Assembly (NCBI GenBank): GCA_951406725.2
Contig: OX597840.1
Coordinates: 13,640,001 to 13,704,000 of the forward strand
Length of the DNA: 64,000 nt
Reading direction: 5' to 3'
DNA from: Octopus vulgaris
Taxonomy: Eukaryota
Shown: one piece after another, positions 1-12,508 of the stretch
Position numbering within the stretch: the first letter of the stretch is position 1
How the letters are laid out: the number at the start of each line of letters is the position of its first letter
Notes under the pieces: generated by a model
Database searches by the model: none
The model's input: the letters and a program-made list of their open reading frames with translations, nothing else
Told to the model about the DNA's origin: nothing
Program-made: the position numbers and the translations under genes

Positions 1-874
1 CCCAAGACACTTGCCCAAGGTGCCATGCAGTGGTACTGAACCCAGAACCATGTGGTTGGTAAACAAGCTACTTACCACACAGCCACTCCTGCACCTATAT
101 AATAATTTTTCAAAGGTATTTTGTCCTGTATGCTACCATTTGAGCCAAGTCCCCAGATACCAACTGCCTCATCTAGATCACACTACCTGCTGGAAAAAGC
201 ATCCAAATTTCACTCAAATCACATCCTACCATCATTCACACTTAGACGCATTGGATATTATAATTCTCAATACTGTAAACAAAAAATGGAATTGCTGCAA
301 CATACTTTTGGCCAAAGCAATAAGGGGGTAGGGTGTATTTGAGGGCAATTGAGCTATTATTTCTAGTAGATGAAGTGAATGCTCAGTACACATGAGAGGA
401 AGCCATAACCTTTATTTCTAAAATATCCCTATGACCAAAACAGTAATTTCATACATATTACATACCTATGAATTTATTAAAGATTTTTTAAAATTCTTAG
501 CAAATGCAAGCCCTCTATTCTTTGTTATGCACTTGCAATTTGGCCATGGTATTAAAGAGGTCTCCCATGGCCAATATTGTGGCTACTTGATTAACTCAGT
601 AAAAAGTTATATACATAAACTAAAAAATAAACTATAGCTGTTGACTTGTATGGCTTGGTAGCATGTGCCTTGGGTTTTACTAATTGTTTAAGGTGCAACT
701 GTAATGCTGGACAGATACCTTCTCAACTGTACCACTAATGACATCCAGAACATAGTAGTTGGAGGGGGGGAGCAGAGCATCAGCACTCAGTGGTAGTCAA
801 ATGGTAGACTAGGGCAACATGACATGTTGTACAAAGCACAAGGACATAATGCACTGACCTATCAGCAATTGAAC

Positions 875-1640
875 TCATAACATTGGCTTTTATGAACCTG
901 GGAACATTTCATCTAGAAAGCCAAGCAGTTTATTGAGGGTCTGTGAGATTGCCTGAAGACTGTGTGAATGAAGGCCTTTGTTATAAGTCTTACAAGATGC
1001 TCTCAGGACAGCTGCTCACTTAAAAGAAAAACCATGTGAAGGGGCCAAGACACTGTTGAACAAGTAGAAGCATCCCCTCGTATCAAACGTGTGGGTTTTT
1101 TCAGATGAAAAAATTTTTACCGGAATAAGGCACACAACAAGCTGAATAGCAAGTTGGCTTTTATGAACCTGGGAACATTATGTGGGCTAACTTGCTATTC
1201 TGCTTGTTGTGTGCCTTATTCCGGTAAAAATTTTTCATCTGAAAAAACCCACACGTTTGATACGAGGGATGCTTCTACTTGTTCAACAGTGTCTTGGCCC
1301 CTTCACATGGTTTTTCTTGGACTTTTAAGTGAGCAGCTGTCCTGAGAGCATCTTGTAAGACTTATAACAAAGGCCTTCATTCACACAGTCTTCAGGCAAT
1401 CTCACAGACCCTCAATAAACTGCTTGGCTTTCCAGATGAAATTAGCATTTCTCACCTTTTGTTTACAGTGATTATTCGTTTTCCAAGCAAGCACAGTGTC
1501 AACCTCAAAGTTACTGTCTTTTCAGTCCTTTCTCACCCTCAGGACTGTGTACAGTGGGAGCTTTAAGTTGTCGACAATGGCCTTGTTATTTGTGCTGGTG
1601 CAGAACGAGGACACGACCACCTTCCTTTCCCATTCTTCAG
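875..1640 (-). mobile_element. Degenerate maT/DD37D-like (Tc1/mariner superfamily) transposase relic, N-terminal half
   Basis: Minus-strand translation gives EEWERKVVV..NKAIVDNLKLPLYTVLRVRK (HTH), YKSYKMLSGQLLT, LLNK*KHP and WVFSDEK; stops and frameshifts present. Confidence 0.7.
883..1442. repeat. About 250-bp inverted duplication bounded by a 26-bp direct repeat
   Basis: Arms 906-1155 and 1189-1442 are near-identical reverse complements; ttggcttttatgaacctgggaacatt occurs at 883-908 and 1154-1179. Confidence 0.95.
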
Positions 1641-1644
1641 AGAA

Positions 1645-2120
1645 CACAATGCAAGCAGGTAGAGGTTGCAAGAATGTACAGGGGAGAGAGATATGGTTAG
1701 AGATGGAGGATGGATAAGAGGGTGAATATAATGAAGAACAGATGCTGAAGGATGAAGGAGGAGATAACTGTAGAAATTGAGCAGGGTTTAAGGGATGGGG
1801 GCAATGGATAAGGGGTGGGGGGTTGACCACATGATATATATAAGAGGTGAGGGAGAGTAAGGAATAAACAGACATTGCCAGAAAAGGAGAGGTGAAGTGC
1901 AGCAGAATAGTAATAATGGTAGAGCAGATAGGAAAAAGGATAACAGAGAGTGAGCGAGAGATGATGTGATTGAGGGTATTCAATGTAGAAAGTAGGTGGA
2001 GAGGATAGTATTAAGAATGAAAGACGAATAACAAATGAAATAGTTGGTGGTAATGAAAAGGATAATGGTATCAGGAAAAACCAGTTCTGCTCACATTTAA
2101 TTACATCAGCAGAATACTGC
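1645..2120 (-). mobile_element. Possible highly decayed Penelope-like RT fragment
   Basis: Strong purine skew; minus-strand SVYS..SYIY...P...PAQFLQL...CS loosely resembles the PLE motif TSVY.KPT..H.YL...SSHP..IP.SQFLRL..CS. Confidence 0.3.
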
Positions 2121-2189
2121 AATTAAAGAAATGATGGCGAGGAAACTGAGCAGGGGAGTGCATAGGTTCCAGAATCTGTTTCATCAAGG

Positions 2190-3190
2190 TGAGCAGGTCT
2201 TCTCAAGAACTATACACGGCCAGTCATCCCAGTCCTTCGTCATCTCTTTTGTGAGGTTCAAATTCCTGAGATCAGCTTCCACCACTTTGTTCCATGCCTT
2301 CCTGGGCCTCCACCTTCCACATCTTTTGGCACTTCTTTATACAGCTGTCCTCATCCATATACAAATGCCCAAACCAGTGCAATTTTTTTTCTTGCACACA
2401 TCTGATTCCTCTTATACCCAATTTTGTTCTCAACTCATTTCTACTTTGTTGTCAATCTACACTTACACATCCAACAGAGCAGGCTAGCTTCATCTCTTTC
2501 CAGTATCCTCATCACACAAGGACCATGTCTCATTAGCAAGCAGCATCACTGTTCTAAAAGAAGTACCATACAATCTACCCTTTACTCCAAGAGAAAAGAC
2601 CTTCATTGCCAGCATCAGTAGAATCTCCCTGAACATTTTTCAACTAGTTGTTACCTTGGCTACTAGACTTTCAGAGCAACAACCCCACCTGCTAAACAGA
2701 TCTAGTTAACAAAAGCTAGTGACCATTTTTAGTAATCCATATATGGATTACTAAGGAGTGGCTGTGTGGTAAGTAGCTTGCTTATGAACCACATGGTTCC
2801 GGGTTCAGTCTCACTGCGTGGCACCTTGGGCAAGTGTCTTCTACTAAAGCCTTGTGAGTGGATTTGGTAGACTAAAACTGAAAGAAGCCCGTCATATATG
2901 TGTGTGTGTGTTTGTCCCCCAACATCACTTGATAACCGATGCTGGTGTGTTTACGTCCCCGTAACTTAGCAGTTCAGCAAAAGATACCGATAGAATAAGT
3001 ACTAGGCTTACAAAGAATAAGTCCTGGGGTCAAATTGCTCGACTAAAAGCAGTGCTCCAGCATGGCCACAGTCAAATGACTGAAACAAGTAAAAGAGGAC
3101 AAGAGAATCCATTTCTGGTGAGCTCTTAGTATGTAATGTTCGAGTGCATCTGTCACGTATGAAGCCTGCTTGCTCTGCAAGCAGTATTTT
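2190..3190 (-). mobile_element. RTE-clade LINE 3' ORF relic, interrupted by a SINE at 2754-3097
   Basis: Minus-strand FREILLML..K.FSLGVKGRLYG and LRTKLGIRGIRCVQEKKLHWFGH; homologous to 7590-8360. Confidence 0.75.
2754..3097 (+). mobile_element. tRNA-derived SINE, family A
   Basis: Pol III A box TGGCTGTGTGG and B box GGTTCAGTC, internal (TG)n, tail aaacaagtaaaagag; more than 20 copies or fragments in the window. Confidence 0.9.
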
Positions 3191-3720
3191 GTTTCAATGC
3201 TATTTTCTGTTAGAAACTAAATTTAGAGTTTAACCAACACTTCGTAGCAGCTATAAATGTCATGCTTCTATATTCAACATCTTTGTGGAGGCACACCCAG
3301 TCAGTGTTATATCAGTTCATTTATTCATTTTTACACGTTTTTCCATGTTCCCATGGGTTAGGAGAATAGAGGCACTGTTTTACATTTGAACACCCTTCAG
3401 TCACTAACCATTACCAGTTTTTCAAAAGTTCTCTCATTGCACATATCTTCAGAGGACACAAAACCAGCTGATGATTTGCTGATGGTGGAAAGATCAATGT
3501 TACTGCTTGTCGGTGAACTTGTCTTGAAGAAGCACAAATGTAAACACACACACGTACATACAAGGGACTTCTTTCAGCTTCCATCTACCAAATCCCCAAG
3601 CAATGCTTTGGTTGTGAGGGGTCTATAGTAGGAAACACTTGACCAAGATACTACACAGTTATGAACCTGAAACCCATAGCAATGCTTCTATGTGTGTCTG
3701 TCTGTCTATCAATCCATCTA

Positions 3721-3929
3721 TCTTTTATTCTTTTACTTGTTTCAGTCCTTTGACTGCGGCCATGCTGGAGCACTGCCTTTAGTCGAGCAAATCAACCCCG
3801 GGACTTATTCTTTGTAACCCCCAGTACTTATTCTATCGGTCTCTTTTGCCAAACCACTAAGTGACGGCGACGTAAACACACCAGCATAGGTTGTCAAGCA
3901 ATGCTAGGGGGACAAACACAGACATACAA

Positions 3930-3960
<31 letters not shown>

Positions 3961-4133
3961 CATATATACGACGGGTTTCTTTCAGTTTCCGTCTACCAAA
4001 TATCCACTCACAAGGCTTTGGTCAGCCCGAGGCTATAGTAGAAGACACTTGTCCAAGATGCCACGCAGTAGGACTGAACCCGGAACCATGTGGTTGGTTA
4101 GCAAGCTACTTACCACACAGCCACTCCTGTGCC
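3721..4133 (-). mobile_element. SINE family A, full length
   Basis: Same consensus on the reverse strand, with internal (CA)n(TA)n. Confidence 0.9.
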
Positions 4134-4705
4134 TACACAACATTCTTTAACCTGTGCTAGCCTGCAGGCTGCTGGGACATCACCATTGCTGAAGTAAAAA
4201 AGACAAGGTGATTGCAGTAAGACAATGATAACACAAACACACTGAATTCCGCTGGCCCTGGTCATTACCTTCACTTATCTATACATTCACACATCATCAT
4301 TTTCTAACGTCCATCCTCAATGCTGGTCATGGACTCAACAGGTTGACAAGATCCTAGGGACCCGAGACGAAGGGTTGATTAAATAAACCCCACATTTTAT
4401 CAGCCCTGAAAGGATGGATGAGAGCTGAAGTAATTACATGTTATTCTATCTGACACTAGTGATTCTTCTAAGGCTCCACCACCCTCACCCCCACACCAAT
4501 ATTGATTTTTAACATTAATAGTACAAGGACACATATTTAGGGTGAGCTGGCAGAGGGATGTGGGGGGGGAACATTGATTTAATCTTGCCAATCTGTAATA
4601 TTATTTTAATAATTAATGTTATTTGTTTTATCAATACTCAGAAAGACATGAGGATAATTTGACCCAGGTCGTCTTGGACCTCACTAAACGAACTTAAGAC
4701 ACTAC

Positions 4706-5099
4706 TTTTTTTTACTTGTTTCAGTCTTGTGACAGTGGCCATGCTGGAGCACCACGTTTAGTCGAGCAAATCGATCCCAGGACTTATTCTTTGTAAGCCT
4801 AGTACTTATTCTATCAGTCTCTTTTGCTGAACTGCTAAATTGCAGGGACATAAACACACCAGCATCGGTTGTCAAGCGATGCTGGGGGGGACAAACACAG
4901 ACACACAAACATATACAAACACATACATATACACGACAGGCTTCTTTCAGTTTCCGTCTACCAAATTCACTCACAAGGCTTTGGTCAGCCCGAGGCTTTA
5001 ATAGAAGACACTTGCCCAAGGTGCTAAGCAGCAGAACTGAACCCAGAACCATGTGGTTCATAAGCAAGCTACTTACCACACAGCCACTCCTACGCCTGT
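4706..5099 (-). mobile_element. SINE family A, full length
   Basis: Same consensus. Confidence 0.9.
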
Positions 5100-5120
5100 A
5101 TATTTCTATTACTACTTTAG

Positions 5121-5616
5121 TAAAGGAAAGGCAAAGGTTACCTTCTCGATTCATGCTGACTCATAAGGGCCGGTTTTCTGGTTTCCATGGCATATAAATT
5201 CCCTAGAACGGGACACTGGCCATTTGTAGGGTCACTCATTTTTGCCAGCTGAATGGACTGGAGCAATGTGAAATAAAGTATCTTAGTTAAGAATGCAAAG
5301 CACTGCCCAGTCTAGGAACATTTATGTGGTCATTCGGACTGCTAGAAATAGCAGCAAAAATTATTAGTTTGAGGAAGTATAGGGCTGGTTACTCAGTTTT
5401 CATAGTGACTAAGTGACCGAGATCATAACATTTCCTCCCTAGGATGGGCTGCCAGTCCCTTGCAGGGTTACTCATTTTTGCCAGCTAAGTGGACTGGAGC
5501 AACATGAAATGAAGAGACTTGTTCAAGAATACAATGCGTCGCCCAGTCTTGGAACTGAAACCACAATCTTATGACCATGCGTCCAACACCCTAACCACTA
5601 AGCCGTGCACCTCCAC
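5121..5616 (-). mobile_element. Chimeric tRNA-derived SINE, family B (CORE-like body), 10-bp TSD
   Basis: TSD actactttag at 5111-5120 and 5617-5626; tRNA head gtggaggtgcacggcttagtggttagggtg; the core segment is present twice. Confidence 0.75.
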
Positions 5617-6081
5617 ACTACTTTAGATTTAATTAGTTCAACTACAAGTATGCTTTCTAAATCATACACAAGCCATGTCATGACTTGTTTGATTAGGTCG
5701 GAAGGTTAATAACAATAATACATACACAACATTAACATCTATGTGGTCATTCGGACTGCTAGAAATAGCAGCAAAAGAAGCAACTTATTTCTTTCCTACT
5801 TTCTATGCATAAGTATATTCTACTTGCGGTATTGCCCCCCTAAGTGCAGTGGAAAGTTCCAAGGGGGCATTGAAGAAAAGTGTGGTGATAATGGGGTGGT
5901 GATTCATGTAAAAACAACAAAATAATGGGTTCATTAGGTTAAGTTTTATTTGTGAAATACAGTTGCTCTGAATTTGCTTCAGAAAGGGATCTACGTTTGT
6001 GATGATGGGGGTGCTAGGGATGTGGCCAAGATGTCAAGGGGGCAGCAGCCCAAAAAAGTTTGGGAATCACTGAACTAGATT

Positions 6082-7064
6082 ATGACTAGGAGATAACAGT
6101 TTACTCAGAGTAGCTGCCCTCAGCTTCCACCATGGCGTCAAGATGGCTCCAGAGCCTGGCACAGGCATTCGTCACTATGTCCCTGAGAAGATCTTCAGAT
6201 ACCTCCTTGATCTTGACCATCAGCTCGGCCTTAGTGTTGCAGGCAGAGTGGCTGGTCTCCTTCTCAACCACACTTCACACATAGTAATCTATGGAATTAC
6301 AACTGGGGTAATCCAAAGGCAAGAAACTTGGGAGGCGAGCTGGCAGAAACGTTAACACGCCGGGCGAAATGCTTAGCAGTATTTCGTCTGCCACTACATT
6401 CTGAGTTCAAATTCCGCCAAGGTCGACTTTGCCTTTCATCCTCTCGGGGTTCATTAAATAAGTACCAGTTACACACTGGATTCGATATAATCGACTTAAT
6501 CCCTGATCTATCTTTGTTTGTCCCCTCTGTGTGTAGCCCCTTGTGGGCAATAAAGAAATAAGAAACTTGGGCAAGTGAAATCATAGAAATTATTCTCCAA
6601 CAAACACTTCTCACTTTTTCTAGAGGTATGGCAAGAAGCTGAATGCTGCTACCATGCATATGGCCTTTCAACAAGCAACCCTCTCCAGCAGCTTCACAGA
6701 GCCATCTGAACTGAGCCTAAGGCTCTATTCAAAGGTATAAGGTGGCATGACATCACCCTCGCTGTTCCTTCCTGCTGGCCATGGCTGTGAGGTCTCAACT
6801 GCAGCTGTTCATGACATGTCTTACAGCATTGTGCAGTAGTCAAGATGTCAGCATTTTGACACCTGACACAAATCAACATGATGCAGGTTAACGCTTTTTC
6901 AATATTCAGAAGGCTTCTAGTCCTTCGTGTCAGCTAACTTTTTTCTCAACTACAACTTTAATCTTCATGCTCTCCAACACTGTTAACTGTTCACAATACA
7001 TTAAGCTGTTCCAGAAAAAAAAGGAGACATTAAAAAAATAGTCAAATTTAGCCCAAACACCCTG
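6082..7064 (-). mobile_element. maT/DD37D-like DNA transposon relic, interrupted by a SINE at 6333-6559
   Basis: Minus-strand QHSASCHTSRKS, YPSCNSIDYYV and NACARLWSHLDAMVEAEGSYSE; TIR-like CAGGGTGTTTGGGCTAAA at about 7046-7063. Confidence 0.75.
6333..6559 (+). mobile_element. SINE family C monomer, 12-bp TSD
   Basis: TSD aagaaacttggg at 6321-6332 and 6560-6571; A/B-box-like head; core gcctttcatcct.tcggggt...aagtaccag. Confidence 0.85.
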
Positions 7065-7589
7065 TGTATGTATGTATGTGTGTATGTATGTATATATATA
7101 TAGTTCAAATTTACAGAAAACAAAAGACCAAAACAGGTGTAGGAAATCGCCCAACCCATGTCAGCATGGAAAACCGACAGTAAATGATGATGGTGATGGC
7201 ACGAATCTCTAGGTTCCTGAGTCGCATACAACATACATGTATGCAAACACACACTCACTCTCTAGTTGCAGGGGTGGTTGTGTGATAAAGAAGTTTGCTT
7301 CCCAACCACAGAGTTCTGAGTTGAGTCACACAACATGGCACCTTAGGCAAGTGGCTTTTACTTCAGCCCCAAATTGACAAAAACTTCATGAGCAAATTTG
7401 GTAAACGGAAACTGAAAGAAGCCCAACGTGTGTGTGTTAGGGAGTTTGTGTATATTTGTCTCTTTGCCTTGACATCAAGTGGACGTTAGAACATCTTTTA
7501 TTTTTTACTTGTTTCAGTCATTAGATTGTGGCCATACTGGGGTACCGCTTTGAAGAATTTTTAGTCAAACAAATACAGGTACAATAAAC

Positions 7590-8360
7590 ACTAAAAAGAT
7601 ATAGACTCCATCAGGTGGGATACTTAGTAGTTGATAGCTTTCGTTATCTGGGTGACCAAGCTGGTAGTGGAGGTGGATGCTCCAAGTGTGTAGCTGCTAG
7701 AATAAGAATAGGATGGGGAAAATTCAGAGAACTTCTACCTTTGTTGGTAGCAAAAGGCCTCATACACAAAGTGAAAGGCAGATTGTATGATGCCTGCGTG
7801 TGAACAGCCATGCTACACAACAGTGAAACATGGGCTGTGACTGCAGAGGACATGCGAAAGCTTGAAAGAAATGAAGCTAGTATACTCAGCTAGATGTGTG
7901 CATGTATGATAGGATGTAAGTATCTTGAGATAAAAATTGGGCATAAGAGGCATCAGATGTAGTGCGCAAGAGAGAAGACTGCGCTGGTATGGTCATGTGC
8001 TGCATACAGACAAGGATAGCTCAAACAGTGGAAAGAACCTGTGGAAGAGGTAGCCCCAGGAAGACATGGGATGCGGTGGTGAAGTATGATCTTTGGATGT
8101 TGAGTTCCACAGAGGCAATGACAAGTGATGGAGACCTTTATCAATTTGCTGTTTGAGAAGACTCATCAAGCCAAGTGAAATCGCAATTGTGGCCAGAGTT
8201 GGGGACACGTAAGATACATCCACCACACTCTTGGAGCAGTTGGCATTAGGAAGGGCAACCAGTCAGAGAAACCAAGTCAAATCAGACTGGAACCTGGTAC
8301 AACTCTCCAACTTACAGTCAAACTATCTAACCCATGCCAGCATGGAAAGCAGACACTAAA
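7590..8360 (+). mobile_element. RTE-clade LINE, 5'-truncated (RT C-terminus plus 3' UTR)
   Basis: VVDSFRYLGD, ARIRIGWGKFRELLPLL, KVKGRLYDACV and SETW motifs, followed by the ggc.ttaggaagggca...gcatggaaagc tail shared with orphan tails. Confidence 0.9.
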
Positions 8361-9436
8361 TAATATGAAATGACCCCAGTACTAATTTTGAGGGATTTTT
8401 TTAAAGCCTAGAACTCATTCTATCAGTCTCTGTTACCAAATTGCTAAGGGGATGTAAACATACCAACAGCGGTTGTTAAGTAGTGCTGGGAGACAAACAC
8501 AAACATACACACACACACATATATATACGACGGGCTTCTTTCAGTTTCCATCTATGAAATCCACTCACAAGGCCTTTGTGGGCCCAAGGCTATAGTAGAA
8601 GACACCTGCCCAGGGTGTTATGTAGTGGGACTGAACCTGGAACCATGTGGCTGGGAAACAAACTTCTTATCACACAGCCACACCTATATACGCTCTTTTT
8701 GCCAATTTTTCCGAAAAATTTTCTCTGATTATCGTTTAATCTAAGCCCTGATCGAACAAATCTATGACCAAAGGCGTTTACATTGTGACTATCCCCTCTA
8801 TTAATATATCCAGAGGTGGTGTCTGATATGTCCTTTAAAAAAAAGTAGAATTTGAAGGAGACTTAACTGCTATTTCTGGAAGTCCAAGTGAACATATAGA
8901 CGCTACTCGGTTTTGTTTAGTTCTAGGGTAGCTATAATTATAGAGGAGTTCCACCTGCGACCACGCCCTCAATTTGTATCTCTAGGATTACATTGTCCAT
9001 CGTGACTATTCCTTTTTTTTTTTATTTAGAAAAGTTTTAAAGAGAAAGATAGACAATAGAGAGTAAAATGAGGAGAATCAGTTGTTATTTCCAGCTAGAC
9101 CACCTACGTGTTTATTGTGCTATGAGAAACACCGACTTATAATTCGAGAGCTTACTGTGTCGGTGCTTGAAGATCAAATTTGATAAATTAATCCAAACAT
9201 ATGTCAACAATACATCTTCACATAGAGAATAATTAACTGTTTAGAAAGACAAAACACCCACAAAAGACGGACAAGATACATTATTATTCACGCGCGCATG
9301 TATATATACATACATATATATATAGAGAGAGATCGGGCAGTAGTCCAGAGTTGGCTATTTAGCTAAATGCAATAGTAGACATGAAACCGATGGTAACTTT
9401 CTGTCCGGTCATAACCAACATATACTACTCCAGTAC

Positions 9437-9498
<62 letters not shown>

Positions 9499-9770
9499 CA
9501 TGCATACACACACACACCCGTATACAAAGGTCATGGACATTGCTTCTTCCTCCAGAACATACATAAACACACAGCTGTATGTATTCATACACACACATGT
9601 ATATAGCCCTACATGTATATGTTTAATATAATTATACACGTATCAATACGTATGTGTATGGCATATGCGTTCATATATATATATATATCTCCACATGTAG
9701 GTTTGTTTCATAAAGCCATAAACACACCAGTATAGAGAAATATTGATATCTACCTATCTATATACATGTA

Positions 9771-9932
9771 AAACAATTAAGATTCAAGTGAGTTCCAAAG
9801 AATTCACATGAATGCGGTACTTAACTTAGATGCACCAGAAATCTTTATGGTATTAACCATGAAATAATTTGGGGTGATTATAAACAAGAAAAAAAGCAAC
9901 AACTAATCCATTCTTGTTGCTTTTTTCTTATC
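9771..9932 (-). mobile_element. Short PLE-like terminal fragment with fold-back (same family as 57771-57875)
   Basis: Inverted arms 9886-9902 / 9914-9929 abut (TA)n; the body is homologous to 57771-57875. Orientation and class are inferred. Confidence 0.5.
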
Positions 9933-9949
9933 TATATATATGTATATAT

Positions 9950-10093
9950 ATTTATTTTATAGAAGGAGCTTCTATAGGACTATAACTGTTTCATTCTAGT
10001 CCTGTAGAAGCTCCTTCTATAAAATAAATTAATTTACTCTGCTATGTCTTGAGTACCTTATTTACTGTGGTTAACCCCGACTCAACCCGGGAC

Positions 10094-10096
<3 letters not shown>
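9950..10096 (+). mobile_element. Short PLE-like terminal fragment with 33-bp fold-back; the loop carries an HHR-like 3' half
   Basis: Arms 9950-9982 / 9997-10029; the minus strand reads GAAACAGTTATA-gtcc; flanked by (TA)n on both sides. Confidence 0.6.
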
Positions 10097-10135
<39 letters not shown>

Positions 10136-10493
10136 ATATACATAGCAGTGTGTACGTTGTATGACTGTGTGTGTATATATGCAGACATATACAGTAAATC
10201 CACGTGTCTGTGTATGTATTTATGTATATATATATACACACACACAAACACACAGACATCTGTGTGTTTGCTAACACACAGACATCTGTGTGTTTGCTGC
10301 TGCAAACATCATCACAGCTGAAATCAAAGAAAAACACAAAACTGGACTAAAAAGTACATTAACGAAATCCACATTTAAAGAATAATTATTACAGCAAATA
10401 TTGGCATTAACTGAATTTCACTGTCCCTCGATGTAAATGACAATATTCTGACAGTAATTGTAATTAGTGAAATAAAATGTCCCAAAGAGTTTG

Positions 10494-10610
10494 ACTCACC
10501 TCAAATTGTTGATAATTGTTTAATTAACAAGTTGGAGAGATGAGTGTGAGCATGCGCCGATCGTTACTTCCTTCTTCCGATTGAAAACGTGGAGTGACGG
10601 AAGTGGGAGG

Positions 10611-10612
<2 letters not shown>
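10494..10612 (-). promoter_or_regulatory. Candidate promoter and short non-coding first exon of a minus-strand gene whose coding exons were not found in the window
   Basis: Consensus donor GAG|GTGAGT on the minus strand at 10500/10499; CpG cluster; ETS-like CGGAAGTG and NRF1-like GCATGCGC motifs; flanked by (GA)n. Confidence 0.5.
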
Positions 10613-10653
<41 letters not shown>

Positions 10654-11400
10654 CGAACGAGAGAAAGTAGTTAGAGAGGGAGAGAGAAAAGGAGAAGGAG
10701 GTAGTTGGCGAAGAGATATTGGGACGACAGAGAGAAGAGAATAAGGGAGAGGGTAAGAGAAACAGAAAAGAGACAGAGACGGAGAGGATAAGAAAGACAG
10801 ACAGAAAGGGAGAGGGTAAGCGAAACAGAAGAAAGACAGACAGAGAGCGAGAGGGTAAGCGAAACAGAAGAAAGACAGATAAGAGCGACAGGGTAGGAGA
10901 AACAGAAGAAAGACAGATAAGAGCGAGAGGGTAGGAGAAACAGAAGAAAGACAGATAAGAGCGACAGGGTAGGAGAAACAAAAGAAAGACAGATAAGAGC
11001 GACAGGGTAGGAGAAACAGAAGAAAGACAGATAAGAGCGAGAGGGTAGGAGAAACAGAAGAAAGACAGATAAGAGCGACAGGGTAGGAGAAACAAAAGAA
11101 AGACAGATAAGAGCGACAGGGTAGGAGAAACAGAAGAAAGACAGATAAGAGCGAGAGGGTAGGAAAAACAGAAGAAAGACAGATAAGAGCGACAGGGTAG
11201 GAGAAACAAAAGAAAGACAGATAAGAGCGACAGGGTAGGAGAAACAGAAGAAAGACAGATAAGAGCGAGAGGGTAGGAGAAACAGAAGAAAGACAGATAA
11301 GAGCGACAGGGTAAGCGAAACAGAAGAAAGAAAGATAGAGAGCGAGAGGGTAGGAGAAACAGAAGAGAGACAGACAGAGAGGGGAGGAGAAGGCAGTGAT
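10610..11400. repeat. (GA)n plus purine-rich 38-bp minisatellite with a 3-unit (114 bp) higher-order repeat
   Basis: Unit gagcga[c/g]agggtaggagaaaca[g/a]aagaaagacagataa; 11 clean units at 10883-11300 with degenerate flanking units. Confidence 0.95.
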
Positions 11401-12132
11401 TAAAAGAGAGGAAAGTGCTTTGTGAAGAAAAGTACCTCTGCCCCAGAAACGAGGAGGAGGAGGAGGAGGAATGAGATTGATAGAAAGTAGGAGAAAAGTG
11501 CGTCATGGAATAAGTAAGAGGGAGAATCTTGGTTGATAGAATAGATGACAAGACTCCCTTTCATTTAATAAACATTTTCTGATTAAGTCGACACCCTTTA
11601 AGTAAAATATGTTTGTAAAATAACGAATTACTTTGGATTCCATTATTTGACTGGTGGTTCGTATTCAATCCAACCAGCGAGACACTATCTAGTTTCTCGA
11701 CCTGCTAGAAATGGTGACTAAATCTTAGATGCTAGCAAATAGTGCTCCCAGTTAAATACACCTACAATGTAAGTTCCCAGTTAAATACACTTGACAACGT
11801 ATTTAAAATGGTCCCTTCAATAAGCTCCCTCTACACAGTTCCCGTCTACCAAACTTCACCCATAAACCCTTAGATGACCTCCTTATTCTATGGTAGAAGT
11901 TACCTGATGTACAAAGGATGAGATTAAACCTTGGAGAGAAATTGTAGACTTAAAAATGCTTCTTTTTTTTTTTAACAACGTGAGGTGTTGGTGAGGTCTG
12001 GCTACAAATGTAACTGCATTTGGTGTTGTTTAGCCACTGGTCAATTCTGATCAAGAAAGCTCTCAATCTGAGCTCACATTCCTACCATAACCAGTTCATA
12101 TTTTTATTTATGGATCTTTGGCATCCATATAT

Positions 12133-12508
12133 TCTCTTTTACTTGTTTCAGTCATTTGACTGTGGCCATGCTGGAGCACTGCCTTTAGTCGAGCAAATCG
12201 ACCCCAAGACTTATTCTTTGTAAGCCTAGTACTTATTCTATTGTTCTCTTTTGCCGAACCGCTAAGTTATGGGGACGTAAACACACCAGCGCAAACACAC
12301 ACACACATACATATACATATATATATATATATATACATATATACGACGGGCTTCTTTCGGTTTCCGTCTGCCAAATCCACTCACAAGACGTTGGTCAGCC
12401 CAAGGCTATAATAGAAGACACTTGCCCAAGGTGCCACACAGTGGGACTGAACCCGGATCCATGTGGTTGGTAAGCAAGCTACTTACCACACAGCCACTCC
12501 TGCGCCTA
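12133..12508 (-). mobile_element. SINE family A with an internal deletion
   Basis: Same consensus. Confidence 0.9.

Noticed and set aside
11-331. Recurrent ORFs of the type MPKVPCSGTEPRTMW / DGLLSVSVYQIHSQGFG
   Set aside because: Antisense translations of SINE family A, not a gene family.
10883-11300. CRISPR-like regular repeat
   Set aside because: Contiguous tandem units without unique spacers, no cas genes, and an animal genome.
10520-11551. 343-aa minus-strand ORF with 38-aa repeats
   Set aside because: It is the translation of a pyrimidine-rich 38-bp minisatellite that lacks stops by composition, and the unit is not a multiple of 3.
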